A stretch of 64,000 nt of DNA from Euglena gracilis (lineage: Eukaryota). The DNA is taken from assembly GCA_039621445.1 (NCBI GenBank), contig CP154954.1:47657847-47721846 (forward strand), read 5' to 3'. Numbering within the stretch: position 1 is the first letter of the stretch; each line of letters opens with the position of its first letter. Shown in pieces: positions 1-13,800 of this stretch. The translations under genes were made by a program, and so were the position numbers. A model generated the notes under the pieces. That model saw nothing but the letters and a program-made list of their open reading frames with translations, was not told where the DNA came from and searched no databases.

Positions 1-2379
1 CCCCCCCACAGGGTGACAGCTTCAGCACAAGGTTTCGATCCAGCCAACCTAACACAACCTCCACAGAAGAAAATTTCATGATGCACAAAAAAAAATCGGT
101 GGTGATGGGTTTGGGTTGGTAAATGGGTTTGGGTTCTCATTGAATCTACCCCCCAGAATGAGGCAGGGGTCTTGCTTTTTCTTGTTCTGTTGTTGGAAAG
201 CTCCAGGGGGATACTGGGGTATTTTTTTTGACCAACGTGGGCTCCAGAAAAATTTCAGAAAGAAATGCCTTGCTGGTTCGCGCAGAAACACAAAAAAATT
301 CCCTTCGACAATTCCCGCAACGTACTAAATGAGGCCTGATTGAGAATTTGCATGACTTCCGGAATAGGCTTTCCCAAAAATTAAATTCTAATTAAATCAA
401 ATTAAAATAAATTTGACATTTTGATGTGTTTCTTACTGTCCCTGATTGTGGTTGAGGGGGTCTAAGAATTTTGGGTCTTTTTTATCCTTGCTCTTTAAAA
501 AATGATAATGATGATAATAATTAAACATGATACTATTGAAAGGAGGGGTTTCCTCGCATTTGCTCCACATGTATCCAAAAGAGTGAAAGTTAAACCTGTC
601 GGGGCTTGGGCGGCGGAGGAGGATTGGGATTCTGCAACACTCCAAGGCGCTCCTTCAGCACCTTACGTGGGTGGAGATCCGGCGGCCGTTTGTAAAATTC
701 CTGGGAGTGGGGAAAACGGGTGAAATAAGACAGCACCAGGGCATGAGTTGATTTGAGGTGTTTATATTTGCACTTCCGCCCTGCAATGGTGTTTTGACAT
801 GCGACTGACAATTGCATATACCATATAATCTTCAATATGTTATTTTACATGTTACCACATCACAGATGTGTGTGTACTGCCATGCAAACACAAAAACGAA
901 TTTTTAAGCCATTTTTCAAATTGGAAGTTCTACCCAAGAGAAGGTTACATCCAGTCTGTAGACTTTTTTTTAAAAAAAACCAGTGCCCAACAAAGATAAT
1001 TGCCCCCCGTACTAGAGAGAAGCTTTTGATCCAATCAGGCCCAATCAATATCAGGTATCAAACTACAACCTTGGGCACAATTTCTTTCAAATAGAAATGA
1101 AGGTGTTGATCATCAATATGGTGAATAATCCATATTTGGGTGTACAAACTAATACTTTTCCAGGCTGGATGACGGCCCAATTTCTTCTCTTCCACAGGCC
1201 CCAGACCAGACTTCTTTGTTAGACCCTTCCTTCCCTTAAAGACCACCTACAGGCCAAAAGTGTGGTCAAGGGCCGGTCGGGGGCTTGGATGTGGAAAACC
1301 GAAAAACTGTACAGCCAAAAATGAATGATTATTAAATATTTTTGACAAATTCTGATTTTAAAACCGGTGTGTTTTTGGAGGAAATTTCAGATTTTCGCCA
1401 ACTTCCCCTATTTGAAAGTTCTGAGATATTCTGCAATTATTTTTGCAAATCACCAAAACAATAGTGCAAAAAAACCATAAATTCCTGGCGCAACGCGCTG
1501 GGGAAGAAAAATAATTGGGGTCCCTGAGGGGGACCCCTGATCCCAAAATAACTTATTATTTGCATCAACCGTCATTTATTTAACACATATTATAAATATG
1601 CATGTGCATATCAAACTCGTATATGAGGCACCCCGCGGTGCAGTTGTGCATTGACTGTCTCAGCAATGCTGTATGGAAGTTTTAACAGGATTTTCAGTTG
1701 CTCTGCACCTCCTGGAGGTTAAAGCACACCTCCTGGGTTTGGTGGAATGTGACACACAGGCCTTGAAGCGCCGCAACGAAGAGGCTGTGGTCATACATCT
1801 GTTTAAGGACTGGGGGGTTGCTGGGTTAGGGCTAGAAATTTTTTTGCCCGGGGGTGGGGGGGGCTGGACCACAGCTGCACCTGAGCTGGGCCGGGCTGAG
1901 CCAAAATCAGACAACTGCCCCCAAAAATGACCTGCAAAACACAGCGTTGAAAAAAATGAGCATCTGGCAACTGTCAAAAACGCGCCACAACAGCCCCAAA
2001 AACACCATTTTGGCCATTTTGAACACTTTCAGCCAGAGACAGCAAAAAAAAAAGGCTGGCCAGCCGCGCCAGCACCAACTCCTGGGGTTGCTGCGACTGG
2101 GCTGGGCCAAAATTGAGGCCAGCTGCTACAGCCCCCCCCCCGGGGGGGTCTGCAGAACATTAAAGGGAAGTATGGCTGTGGTGCAGATGTGGCGTGGCAA
2201 AAAGACGGCAAAGGCAGCGGAACGCCAGGGTGGAGAGGGCTGCGCCTGCTTTGCTTCGGGGCGGTTCACAGGACAGGCTTGTTTGCAACAGAAACGCTGG
2301 TCATCATCCTCATCACTGCATAAAATAAACATTGTAGTATGCAACGTATAATTGTGCCGGGGACTGCATTGCATGTCGA

Positions 2380-2806
2380 CAGGGGGTGTGTATTTTTAAG
2401 GCGACTTAAAAATAACTTTAAAAACATTATAAAAAACGCCTCAAAAGGGCCTAAATGTCTTGAAAACCCCTAATATACCGTAAAATAGGTATTTAAAAAA
2501 CATTTTGGGAATTTTTTGAAATCCAAGCCAAAAATGAAGTCACAGAATCTTGGCAAAAACAAGCCAACTCAGGAAAAAATGATTTCTGGCATCACTGGAA
2601 CATCATTGTCTATCCAAAAAATGGGTATTTCGGCTTTTCTTTTTTAATATTGGACCCGCTCGATACTGGGATGACCCTGGGACTTCCTTTGGAAAATGGA
2701 TGCTTTAAAAATTGGGAAATGGCTTTAAATTTTTTTTAAAAAAATTCAAAAAAGCCGTAATAAACATTAAAAACATAATTTTGAGATTTACGCCTTAAAA
2801 ATACTG
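2380..2806. mobile_element. Non-autonomous TIR element, related to the putative intron-element at 63371-63855
   Basis: Begins CAG and ends CTG. Subterminal inverted repeat gtatttttaaggcg/cgccttaaaaatac. The 26-mer aatgatttctggcatcactggaacat (2578-2603) is the exact reverse complement of 63645-63670. TSD degenerate. Confidence 0.65.
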
Positions 2807-5800
2807 AGCATGTTGTGCACGGGCGCGACTTTGCACTTTCAAAAACAGTCAGCAAGTTTGTTTTTTTGCATGGAGTTAGAGACCATATGGTGCTGATCTT
2901 TTTGACTTGTAGCAGGGATTGTATTAATTGGGGGTAACCAAATCGCCATTTGCTTGAAACCAGTGAACGAAAGTCACGGATGCACACACATAAATTCCTC
3001 TCCAACCCCCCCCCCCCGCCAGGGGGTGAATGAAGCATTGTTTCAAAGCGACTTTCGGAGGTTTTGGCTCTGCCCCCCCCCCTGAGGGCTTCCAAATTCC
3101 TTTTAGGGGGAGCATGCCGTCAGCCAGCCGTCACCAAACCGCGTGTATGTGTGTCTCACAAGAAAATGAGGTCATCCACATTCTTGCACTGTTGAAGTTA
3201 ATTCCTCATTTAATCATCAAGGTCACGTTCATTGTTGGCTGCATTATTAGCCCATTTTCAAGTACTCTTAAAATTTTTTGGCCAGTTTTTGTTCGTTTTG
3301 CCAATTTTTGGTTGTTTTTTTTGGGCCAATTTCAACCATTTTGGCCTAATTCTGGGTCATCTTGAATGCTGTTCACCCAAAAAAAATACAATGGTCTGAA
3401 GGCTGTGGACGAAAACTCTGACACATTTGGTCAAAAAAATTTGCTAGCAAAGTGTAAATGAATTGGTCAAAAAGATTCAGCAGTTCATAATTCTTTTTGC
3501 ACCATCCACACAAGGGAAGGAAACACAAACGCATTTTTGTGTTTTTGACCTTGCATGTTTTGATTGATTGCTGGTTCAAATACACTGCCCACAGCTGGCA
3601 AAATTTTTGCACTGTGCTCCAAAAATATCTGCACTTGTTGAAAAAAAATTGCACTCTGTCTGTTTGTATTTTTAATTTCTCATTATTGCTCAATGACAAA
3701 CAGCCTCACGTTCACCAATGACCGTCAATCCATTTCTTCCCCAGTGAATATTCCCCAGATGGTGCAGAAAGCCATTCCACTTCTCCTTGGTCAATCTTGT
3801 GCAGATGCCTCTCTCTTGATTTCTGGGGCTCTGGCGTGATTGAATAGAAAAGAGCAACTGTGCAACGCACCCAATCCAAATTTTCCGGAAAAGGTGCAAA
3901 TATGTTTGGTATAATGTGCAGACATTTTGGAGATAAATTGCAAACAAATTGGTGTCAGGTGCAAACATTTTTGACACAAAATGCCCAGAACTTGGCGTAA
4001 AATGCAGAAAAGACGGGCATCAGGTGTAATTTCAAATTTCTCCAAAAAAATAATGGAAACCTTTTCGAATGTGACTCAGCTCCCGATCCCAAATATTGGG
4101 ACCATATGGGAAATTTGTGGAAGCTTTTAATCAAAGGGAGTCCAAATTTTGAATGCTTGCATTCATATTATTGATTTCAAAGATCAAACAGTTGCACTAT
4201 TATTTCAAGCCACTGCTGCTGCGGACCATTGATGAGGAAGAGAAAGACAATGAGCAGTTCCTTGGCGTCGTGGAGGGTGATGGAGGCATATTGCAGGTCC
4301 TCAAATTGCTCCATAAAAGCATGGAGATTGAGCCTGCAGGGGAATGAATGAAATCTCGCATAAACACCTCTCCGTCAAAAACCTGACCGGTAAGTTAAAG
4401 GCCACAGCAAAGTGCCAACCTCCCCTGAGGCCCCCCAAGTGACACAACAGGCATTGGTGAGATGGTCCGAAAACAGCTAAGATTGCTGGCAATGTTGCCA
4501 AAATGGTCACCTTGAAAAACCAATGCCACCTTTCCCTCCAAGGATTTCAGGTTGAAAGCTCAGGCCAATGTTTTTGAAAGTGGATGACGTCAATGACACC
4601 ATATGCTTAAATGGCTTGGGGGGGGGGCATGACAGGAGACCTGAGAAAGAAATCGGAGCACGTCATGAGTTCGTGGCAGAGAAGTGGGAGGACTCGTGGG
4701 ATGACGCCGTTGTGCTCTGCATGGCGGAGCTCGTGCGGTGCCAGTCTCGGTGGACCTTGCTCCCGTCGCTCCTTGAGGCATGCTTGCACCTTTGCTTCAA
4801 CGATGTCAACGACCCGTGGACTCTGCAGGACGAAAGCCCCAATAAGGGTTGGTTGTTTGTTTGTGACTGTATTGTTTTGCCCACATGCCCTCCCCATGGG
4901 GAGGGCCTCGAAAAAAATGTGCAAAGAAATGCAAAAAAAGCACAAAAAATGGCGCATTTTTTTTAAATGTGCAAAAATGTTCAAAATCCGAGAGAGAAAA
5001 AGCGCAAAAATCATGCAAATGCAAAAACTGCTGGAAAAAAAAGTGCAAAAGTGGCACCAAATTCACAACAATTGGATGATGGGATTATCCGGAAAACGTG
5101 AGTTTCAAAAAAAATAAAAATCTCAAAAAAAATGCAACAAACTGCAAAAATGGTAAAAAAAAATGCGGAAAAAATTGGGTAAATCATGTACAATGCGACA
5201 AAAAGCGAAAAAAAAATTGCGCTGAAAAAATAAAGTAAAAACTTGCAAAAACTGTGCATTTTTGGAAAATTTGAGGGAAAAAGTGCACAAAAAATATATA
5301 AAAAATGCGAAACGTGTTTCTCCTCCCCCTCCTCTGCCCTCCCCCTTGGTTTGAACCACAAAATTTCAATCAGGGGGCGGTGATAAAAAATAAATAAAAG
5401 CCAACCTTTCCAAAATTACAAGTTCCAAAATGGCGTTCCCCTTGAAACCTTGGTGTTGCCGATCCTGCCCTAATTGCAATTTGACCTTCTTTCAAAAGGG
5501 GTTCAGAAAATGTCATTTTTGTATGCTCTTTTTTGTGACTCTTTTGACTAGGATGTATCTAGGATGCTGGGCAGTTGAGGGGGAGTGGCGGTTACCTGGA
5601 TTTGGTGTTTTTGTCATGATTTTTCACTTTGGGGAGATGAGACCAGGGGTTTTCGTGTCATTCCAACCACAAAACAGCAAAAAAAACACAGAATTCCCGG
5701 GAAAGCAGAGGCCAAAAACAAATACATGTATATATAATTATACATTTATATTACATTATACACATATGTATATATACATATATATATATAAACAATTCGT

Positions 5801-6825
5801 TTGCATTTTATTCAATCCTGCCTTCTCGCTCTCACCCCTTGTAAAGACGGTAACCAAATCAAAATTTTTGTCGAACTGCGAAAAATGCGCACACCAACCA
5901 AAAAATGCTTGAGTGCGAGATGTGCCACCCAAATATTTGTGGGCAGTTTTCTCTACATATATTTTTAAATTTGGTACATTCTTTCCTGTTTAGGGAAATA
6001 TACGTCAGTTTTGGCACATTTTGAGCCAAAATTTTTTTGAGCTTGTTTGATATTTTGATCCAAGACACCCCCCTGTAAATACATTAGGCCATTAGGCTGT
6101 CGGGTTGGCCGACTACCCTCACCCCCCCCCCCAAATTGGCCACCACTTGGGCAGCATTGGACCCTTAAAGGGGGACAATTTGGGGGGGGGGGGTACCGCG
6201 TTTTTGACCATACCCAGGCCGGATGACCAATTTGGGGGGGGGGCAAAATTGGGAAAACGGCCCATTTGGCACGGTAAATTTCCGAAATCCGAGCGGCCAA
6301 TCAATCAATCAATCAATTTGGGAGGGGCATCTCCCAAACCCAAAGGGCAAATCTGGGGGAGGGGGGGCAATCTGGGGGGGGGGGTGAGGGTAGTCGGTCG
6401 ACCCAACAATTGATCGGCCGACTAGTCTATTGAACTTTTTATCACCCCCTCCCCACGCCTGCTCCACCGACTTGTCTATCGACCCAAAAGGACCCCCCCT
6501 GGCTAAGTTGTTAGCTGGTACGATGGACATTTTTCCCACGTGTTATGATCCCACAAAGATTTGCCCAGAGAAGAATCCTTTTTTTTAGCTACAGCCGGTT
6601 CACAATTTCATGCCCTGATATCGTAAAGAGCCTGTTCACAAATATCAGGGCGCTATTTTGCGCTATTTGGATCATGGGAATTAACATATATGATGAATTG
6701 ATGGTTGTAAGTTCGGTGCCTTGTGGAATTGTCAGGTTCAATCTTGAATTATTTTTAAAAAGACTTCCTTCACACTGGACTGACAACGTTCAAAAAAAGA
6801 GTGGTTCCATAATGCGGCCTTATAC

Positions 6826-7352
6826 AGAAGTAAACCCCCCCCCAAATATGAGAAACCCCTCGCTATAAGAAACCCCCAAATATAAGAAACCCTTTGGCTG
6901 ATTTTCAGCCGACACCCAAATATAAGAAACCCCCAAATATAAGAAACCCTGGGCTGTTGGACACCAATCCAAATATAAGAAACCCCTCATATTCACCTTG
7001 GGTCACAGCAAATTTCAAGGCGCGATCAACACAAAGATGAAGCCAATCTAGTCTATTGCTTCTTTGCAAAGCAAGAGTTCAGAAGCAACTGCTTTTGGAA
7101 ACACCTGTCCGTTTCACGACCCCCCTTCCACACTGTTTGAATGGCAGCCAGACATGAGGACAATCCTACACACAGTGGTCACATGTAATTAATTATATGA
7201 AGGAAGAAAAAGTTCCATTTACAAGAAACCCTTGGGGCCGGCCTTCGACACCCAAATATAAGCAACCCCCAAATATAAGAAACCCTTTGGGCCGATCGGC
7301 CGACACCCAAATATAAGAAACGGGTTTCTTATATTTGGGGGGGGGGTTATAT
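6826..7352. mobile_element. MITE-like element with multiple aaatataagaaaccc subterminal repeats
   Basis: Repeated ccaaatataagaaaccc motifs near both ends, with an inverted copy (gggtttcttatatttggg) at the right end. Confidence 0.55.
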
Positions 7353-8682
7353 GAAAAAACCATCAGCTGTACCACTGAGCCATGTGTGCAATGCAGACGT
7401 CGGCTTGGAGTGATTCTCCAATGACATCGGACGTCGTTTTTGTGGGTTTTTCCCCCGAACTACACCATTGCTTAACATGGGGGTGGTTCATGGGGGTGGG
7501 TCGGGTCATGGGCGGTCATGCGGGGGGGGGGGGGGGGGGAGAACTGCATTTTTGGACCACCGGGTTAGGAATCATGGAACCAAAGGAAAAGGAAATAGGT
7601 GGTCAGTTGACTTTGTTGTGGACCCCCCATCCCCTCCATTTCGGTTGACTTCGTTGGTCAACCAGGGGGTCCCGGGGGTGGGAGGGGGTCTCGGACACCC
7701 CAGCACCTGAAAAACCCCTGAGTGTGTCATTTATGGGGGGGGTCCAATTTTCAAAGGAAAATCCCTTGGGCGGTGGCTGAAAAAGCTTTCGATCAGAGGG
7801 GGTGTGTCACTACAGCCGGCAGACACAATTGTTGGACCCAGCCGGACATTTTTGTTGGCCCCTGCCAGGCAAAAAATGGGAGAATGGAGGACATTTCTAT
7901 AGGGCCGCTGGGGACATGAATAGTTGACCCTCTGACCCATGAAATTCAGGCCCTAATGGACAATTTTGCAGGGAAACCTGTCTGAAACAATCCGAACCAA
8001 GGAACTTACCAATTCACAGCAGATGCTAAGATTCAGATGGCATTGGTGGGAATGCATTCAAGAGTCTGCATATTGATTGTACAAGATGACTTCGCAAGGT
8101 AGTACAAAGCTAGCTCTCAAAGTTTCACAAATGTGGGAGGCGAAGGAATCATCCAACGACTGCTCCAAAGCTGTTCCTCACTCGCATCGGAATGTCATGC
8201 ATTCACACAGATGGCCGGGCTTTAGATGACTGCAACTCTAGGGTACAAGCAACCTCTTCCCAAAATCTTCCTAAAGCAACATTCTGTGTTCACATTGACT
8301 GAAAAAAAAGCTTGTGATCACTACACATCATGCAAAGCCAGAGGCAACAGCGAATGTGATGGGACGCACTGCTTTTCAAAAACATTTGGGGCTGTAGTCA
8401 ACTTCAAAAAAAAATCAATAAAATTTCAATAAAAAAATGAAAAAGGTTTTTGGGGGGGGTTGTGATTTTTTTTAAAAAAAACAAAAAAACACCAGCTGTG
8501 AAACCAGACAGGGGGGTTCCTGGACATCCCCCATCTGATGTAACCCCGCCCCCCAAATAACCTGGCGGGGTGCCGGGTCATTGGAACCAACTTTTTGCCA
8601 TGCCCCTCCCACCCGCCAGGTCAAATGGGCCCTTTTTCGGCGCCATAAAAGGATTTTGCCAAAAAAAGGGGGTGCCAAGTTA

Positions 8683-8946
8683 ACGTGACCTCTCCCCCTA
8701 TTTGGCCGCCCTCCGGGCCACCCGGACCCCCTTCTGGCCAATTAGGGGGGGGGACAATTAGGGGGGGGGGGTTACCCCTAACCCCCCCCCCCTAATTGGC
8801 CACCTGGGCCCCGTCCTTCATAGTCGCAAACCCCCGTAAAACACCCGAATAAGGGCATTTTCCCTTGCAATGAGTAACCCCCCCCCCTAATTGTCCACCT
8901 GGGCTCTGGCCAATTAGGGGGGGGGACAAAGAGAGGGGGGTCACGT
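8683..8946. mobile_element. MITE with acgtgacc/ggtcacgt termini (TA- or TAA-flanked); related copies start near 12109, 14662 (to about 15168) and 18287
   Basis: taacgtgacc ... ggtcacgtta termini. Shared internal ccctaattggcc/ggccaattaggg motifs recur many times in the window. Confidence 0.65.
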
Positions 8947-9472
8947 TAATAGAATAATCTTTCTTGCCCCTCCCTCCGCCAAGTTATTTGGCCTCCGCCA
9001 GGAACAAGGGCCCCGCCAGGCTTTTTAGGGGAGGTTCACCAAACCAAACTTGTCAACCTAAAAATTCATGCAAAAATGCTTTTTCTGGAAGAAATTGTTG
9101 CTTATCAAGAAACCTCACACGTGTCACAAATGATTTCCCAACACAGTTGGTGTTTTTTTCGTTTTTTTTAAAAAAGCAATACGGCGTGTTTTTTTTGAAA
9201 AAAAAATGCCAAAAAAAAACATCAAAAAAAAAACAACAAAAGGGAAAATTCATTGAAAAAAACTCGTTATGAAACACCCAAACCACACTTCGATCCTACT
9301 GAGTTCAAAAACTGCCAAAATGGTTAAAAAAACATTCAAAAATGTAAAAAATGCAATTTTTGCGATATTTTCCATTTCTGTGGAGGGAATTTTTCTGGCA
9401 AAAAAAATGCCAGAAGTTCCCAAGAATGTTTGAAAATAGGCATTCAAAAATATTTTGGTGCAAAACCTCGTC

Positions 9473-9975
9473 CAAGGTTGGATGGTTAATCGAAAAACGG
9501 TTAATCGCTTGCGACTCCCCCAGTTGATCGTTCGTTTGTGGGGGGGGGGGGGACAATTAACATGGTTAATCGAAAAACGATTAATCGCTTGTGACCCCCC
9601 TGGTTAATCGCATCCTTTTTGTTGTCGGAAGAAGAAATGACCCTAGTTTGGGAACATTGTTTTAAGGAAGATGGCAAGGTTGTGTTCAATGCCAATGTGG
9701 ATGAGAAATTCTTTCAAAAAGCCTTGAATGTAAACTCTATTTTTGATACCAAATTTTCTGGACGACAAAATTGGGGTTTTTGGCCAATTGTGGAGTGAGG
9801 AAGTAAGCCAGAAAGGCAAATGACTTTTGTTTTTTGGGGGAAAATTGCTACGGTGGCGGTTAATCGAAATTAATTGAGGCATGGTTAATAGAAAATTGGT
9901 TAATCGACCCCCGACCCCCAATTAACCATGGTTAATCGCTTGACCTGGAAAATGACGATTAATTGTCCCACCCTG
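9473..9975. mobile_element. TIR element inserted in another MITE, rich in ttaatcg motifs
   Basis: Termini caaggttggga / tcccaccctg, flanked by the direct repeat cctcgtc (7-8 bp TSD). The host sequence resumes afterwards and matches the uninterrupted copy near 23860. Confidence 0.65.
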
Positions 9976-12374
9976 CCTCGTCGGCGTCTTTTTTTAAAAA
10001 AAAATTGTTAATTTTTTGTTAAAAAAAACAAAAAAACAGCGTCCAAAAAAAGAACAAGCTGCCAAATATGTCCCAACATTCAGGGAAAAAAGCTGTGTGA
10101 TTCACCATTGGGCGCTCTGGGACACAAAATGGATGCTCTCATCTGGTTTTAACAAAGCACAGATGGTTCTGGTTGACGAACGTGCAACACCATTCACTCA
10201 AAAAGACTGCTGTTGTTGATGTTGATGTTGGTGATGTTGCCAGGGTGTCATTTCCCCCTCCCCCTCATTGGCCAAGGAAGGGGGTGCAGCCCGCCAAGAG
10301 GAGGTGTTAATACAACCAATTTACCCTTAAAACGTTTATGCATCAGCACCTCACAACCCAACACCAAAGAAGGAGTTTGTAGAGGCTTGGTCTGCTCCTT
10401 GCGGTCGTTCCATCCACCCAGAAAAATGTCACCAGTCTCACACAAAAGTGTCCATGGGGGCTCAACGAAAATGTCTATCGGGGTCAAAAATTTCCCGTCC
10501 ATTAGGGATGGGGGAGGGTTCTCCGGAAGGTGTCCGCGAGGGACAACAAAACTTGGACAGGAGGGACCTTCATTTTGTCTAAAATTCCCCACTCAAGTGT
10601 CTGCCAGCCGTAATGGGGGGGGGGATGTCATTTATGGGGGGGATACCTGATGAACTGACTCAGATGACTTTCCAAAAATTGGACCAAATCTCATCGATCT
10701 ATCATTGAAACCCCCCAAAAATCTCGGCACCTTTGGCACCAGTGGGTGGGGAAATAGGCGGGAATCCGTGCACTTACCACCCCCCCCCCTTATTGTCCCA
10801 CCGACCTGCCCCCGGGAGGCCCGACCGGACAATAAAGGGGGGGACAATAAAGGGGTACCAAAGGAATTTCATTGGCAGGGCCAAAAAAACCCCCCGTCGG
10901 CCGGGGCCCAGGGACAATAAAGGGGGGGGGGGACAATAAAGGGGGGGGTACCACTGGGCGGGGCAGCCCGGGGTACCCAGGGTCGGGTGGGTCCTTGCCA
11001 AAAGGGTAAAGGTCGCTAGGGGTGCCTGCCCAACCCACCCCCAAAACCCTACCGGGGTCGGCATAGGGGTGCCTGCCCTAGCACCCCCCGGGGTGGAGTA
11101 GGCACCCGACTAAAAAAAAGTGCCTGGTTGTTACCCCCCCATTAGCACCTGCCCAAAACTTTTTCGAAAGCTTCAATGTTGCTCCAAAAGTGAAATAAAT
11201 ATTGTTACCGGGATTGGGTGTCACCACCCAAATTTTGACAATTTGACCTTGGATGGAAACCACCCAAGGTCACCAACAAATCAGGGGAAGGTTGCTGCTG
11301 ACATCGACAGGGGCTGATGATTTTTGACGATTTATGGGGGGGTCTGAACGATCATGAATGATTAATGCCCCTGGGGTTTTTCTCATCATTACGGCATTGT
11401 CGAAAAATGTCGGGTTTTTTTGGGACGTCATCAAAAACATCATTTTGGCAATTGTTCTTGACATTTACCATTTTTTGCAAACAACCCACCAAAAAAGTTG
11501 CAAAAATAAATTCTTGGGGCTGTCTAAGGTTGGGGCATGGGAAAGGTGAGGAAGACTGCACCCAACGACTAAAATTTCTTGCCCATGCCTGGCAAAAATA
11601 TTTGCCCCAAGGTGTATTCTCCATGGCCTTCAAATGTATTTGTCCACAGCTGGCAAAAAAAATTCACTGCGTCCAAAAGTATTTTCAAGTATTTGCACTT
11701 GTTCAGTTAAAAAAATGCACTGAAAAAAAGCTCACATTTCACCAATGGGGCAAAATCTTTTGGAGTTTCCAAGGGCAACTGTGCAAAAAACCAGATCCAA
11801 AAGCAAAAATTTTCTGAAAAAGCAGAAACAGTTTTGGGACGGTGTTGATGTATTTTTGTGATAAATGCAAACAAATTGGGGTGAAATACTGTGTCAAGAA
11901 CTGTGTTTGGGCCAAGAGTTAGGGGGAGCCCAGGGGTGGTCCCCGCCCCTGGGCCCCCCTAAAACCTTGGCCCAAAACACTGTTCTTGTTTGAAACCGTG
12001 TTTTGGGCGAAGATTTAAGACTTTTAAAGTCTCGAAATCGGCCCAAACACGGTTTCAAACATTATACCATCGTTTATCACGGTTACCATCCACCCCCCCC
12101 ATTATGTAACGTGACCCCCCCCCTATTTGCCCCCCCCCCCCTAATTGGCCAGAGCCCAGGTGGCCAATTTGGGGGGGGTTACCCATTTCAAGGGAAAATG
12201 CCTTTGTCCGGGTGTTTTTTGGGGGTTCGCGACTGTGAAGGACGGGGCCCAGGTGGCCAATTAGGGGGGGGTTAGGGGTAACCAGGTTTTGAATAGTGCT
12301 GAGCTCTTGATAAGCGCGCACCCACCCCTTCATTGACCCCTCCATACATACCGGCCCACCCCATGGAGCTCTTT

Positions 12375-13370
12375 CGACTTTTTTGACCCGGGTTTGGCCC
12401 GAAGTCAATGGGTCGGCGGCCCAAAACGGGGCGCCGGCGGGTCGAAAAACGCTCGTTTTCGGCTCGAAAACAGTTTTTCCGGGTCCGGGAGGCTAAAAAA
12501 CATCGTTTTGGGCAAAAAAAATTTTTCGATTTTTTTCGACTTTTTTGACCCGGGTTTGGCCCGAAGTCAATGGGTCGGCGGCCCAAAACGGGGCGCCGGC
12601 GGGTCGAAAAACGCTCGTTTTCGGCTCGAAAACAGTTTTTCCGGGTCCGGGTGGCGAAAAAACATCGTTTCGGGCAAAAAAAATTTTCCGATTTTTTTCG
12701 ACTTTTTTTGACCCGGTTTTGGCCCGAAGTCAATGGGTCGGCGGCCCAAAACGGGGCGCCGGCGGGTCGAAAAACGCTCGTTTTCGGCTCGAAAACAGTT
12801 TTTCCGGGTCCGGGAGGCCCAAAAACATCGTTTCGGGCAAAAAAAATTTTCCGACTTTTTTCGACTTTTTTGACCCGGTTTTGACCCAAAGTCAATGGGT
12901 CGGCGGCCCAAAACGGGGCGCCGGCGGGTCGAAAAACGCTCGTTTTCGGCTCAAAAACAGTTTTTCCGGGTCCGGGAGGCCAAAAAACATGGTTTCGGGC
13001 AAAAAAAATTTTCAATTTTTTTCGACTTTTTTGACCCGGTTTTGACCCGGTTTTGACCCAAAGTCAATGGGTCGGCGGCCCAAAACGGGGCGCCGGCGGG
13101 TCGAAAAACGCTCGTTTTCGGCTCAAAAACAGTTTTTTCCGGGTCCGGGAGGCCCAAAAAACATCGTTTCGGGCAAAAAAAATTTTTCGATTTTTTTCGA
13201 CTTTTTTGACCCGGTTTTGACCCAAAGTCAATGGGTCGGCGGCCCAAAACGGGGCGCCGGCGGGTCGAAAAACGCTCGTTTTCGGCTCAAAAACAGTTTT
13301 TCCGGGTCCGGGAGGCCAAAAAACATCGTTTCGGGCAAAAAAAAATTTTTCGATTTTTTTCGACTTTTTT
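12375..13370. repeat. Tandem array of about 6 units of about 163 bp
   Basis: The anchor gtcaatgggtcggcggcccaaaacggggcgccggcgggtcg recurs at about 12404, 12566, 12729, 12891, 13063 and 13227, and the sequence between anchors is also conserved. Confidence 0.95.
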
Positions 13371-13372
13371 GG

Positions 13373-13800
13373 CCGAAAACGGCTAAGTCGAACAGAGGGA
13401 AAAGTGTACAAAATGGCCTGAAATGGCCCAAATTGGCCAAAAAAACGCCCGTATCTCGGGCTGGGCGGGGAGTTGCGGGGAAACCAAAATCCCAGTACAT
13501 AGAGCGTTCCAAGGGCTTCAATTTAGGTCTCCGGACATTTCCTTTGATTTTGCATCGTTTTCGAGAAATTTTGAAAACATCGATTTTTTGACCCCCCACC
13601 CCCCGAAAACGGCGAAGTCGAACAGAGGGAAAAGTGTACAAAACGGCCATCTGCGCCGAAAACGGCCGTATCTCAGGCTGGGCGGGGAGTTGCGGGGAAA
13701 TCAAAATACCGGTGGATGGGGCGTTCCAAGGGCTTCAAATTAGGTCTCCGGACATTTCCTTTGATTTTGCTTCATTTTGGAGATATTTTAAAAATTGACA
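13373..13800. repeat. Two tandem units of about 230 bp adjoining the 163-bp array
   Basis: ccgaaaacggc.aagtcgaacagagggaaaagtgtacaaa at about 13373 and 13603. Related sequence occurs at about 53620-53830. Confidence 0.85.

Noticed and set aside
502-723. Possible coding fragments at 502-723, 1673-1810, 4200-4830, 29300-29530 and 47064-47372
   Set aside because: They have coding-like composition but no recognisable motif or supported splice junctions. They are probably decayed element ORFs.
12272-13704. Long overlapping ORFs (up to 247 aa) on both strands
   Set aside because: They are translations of the 163-bp and 230-bp tandem repeats, with the frame shifting between units and no protein-like features.
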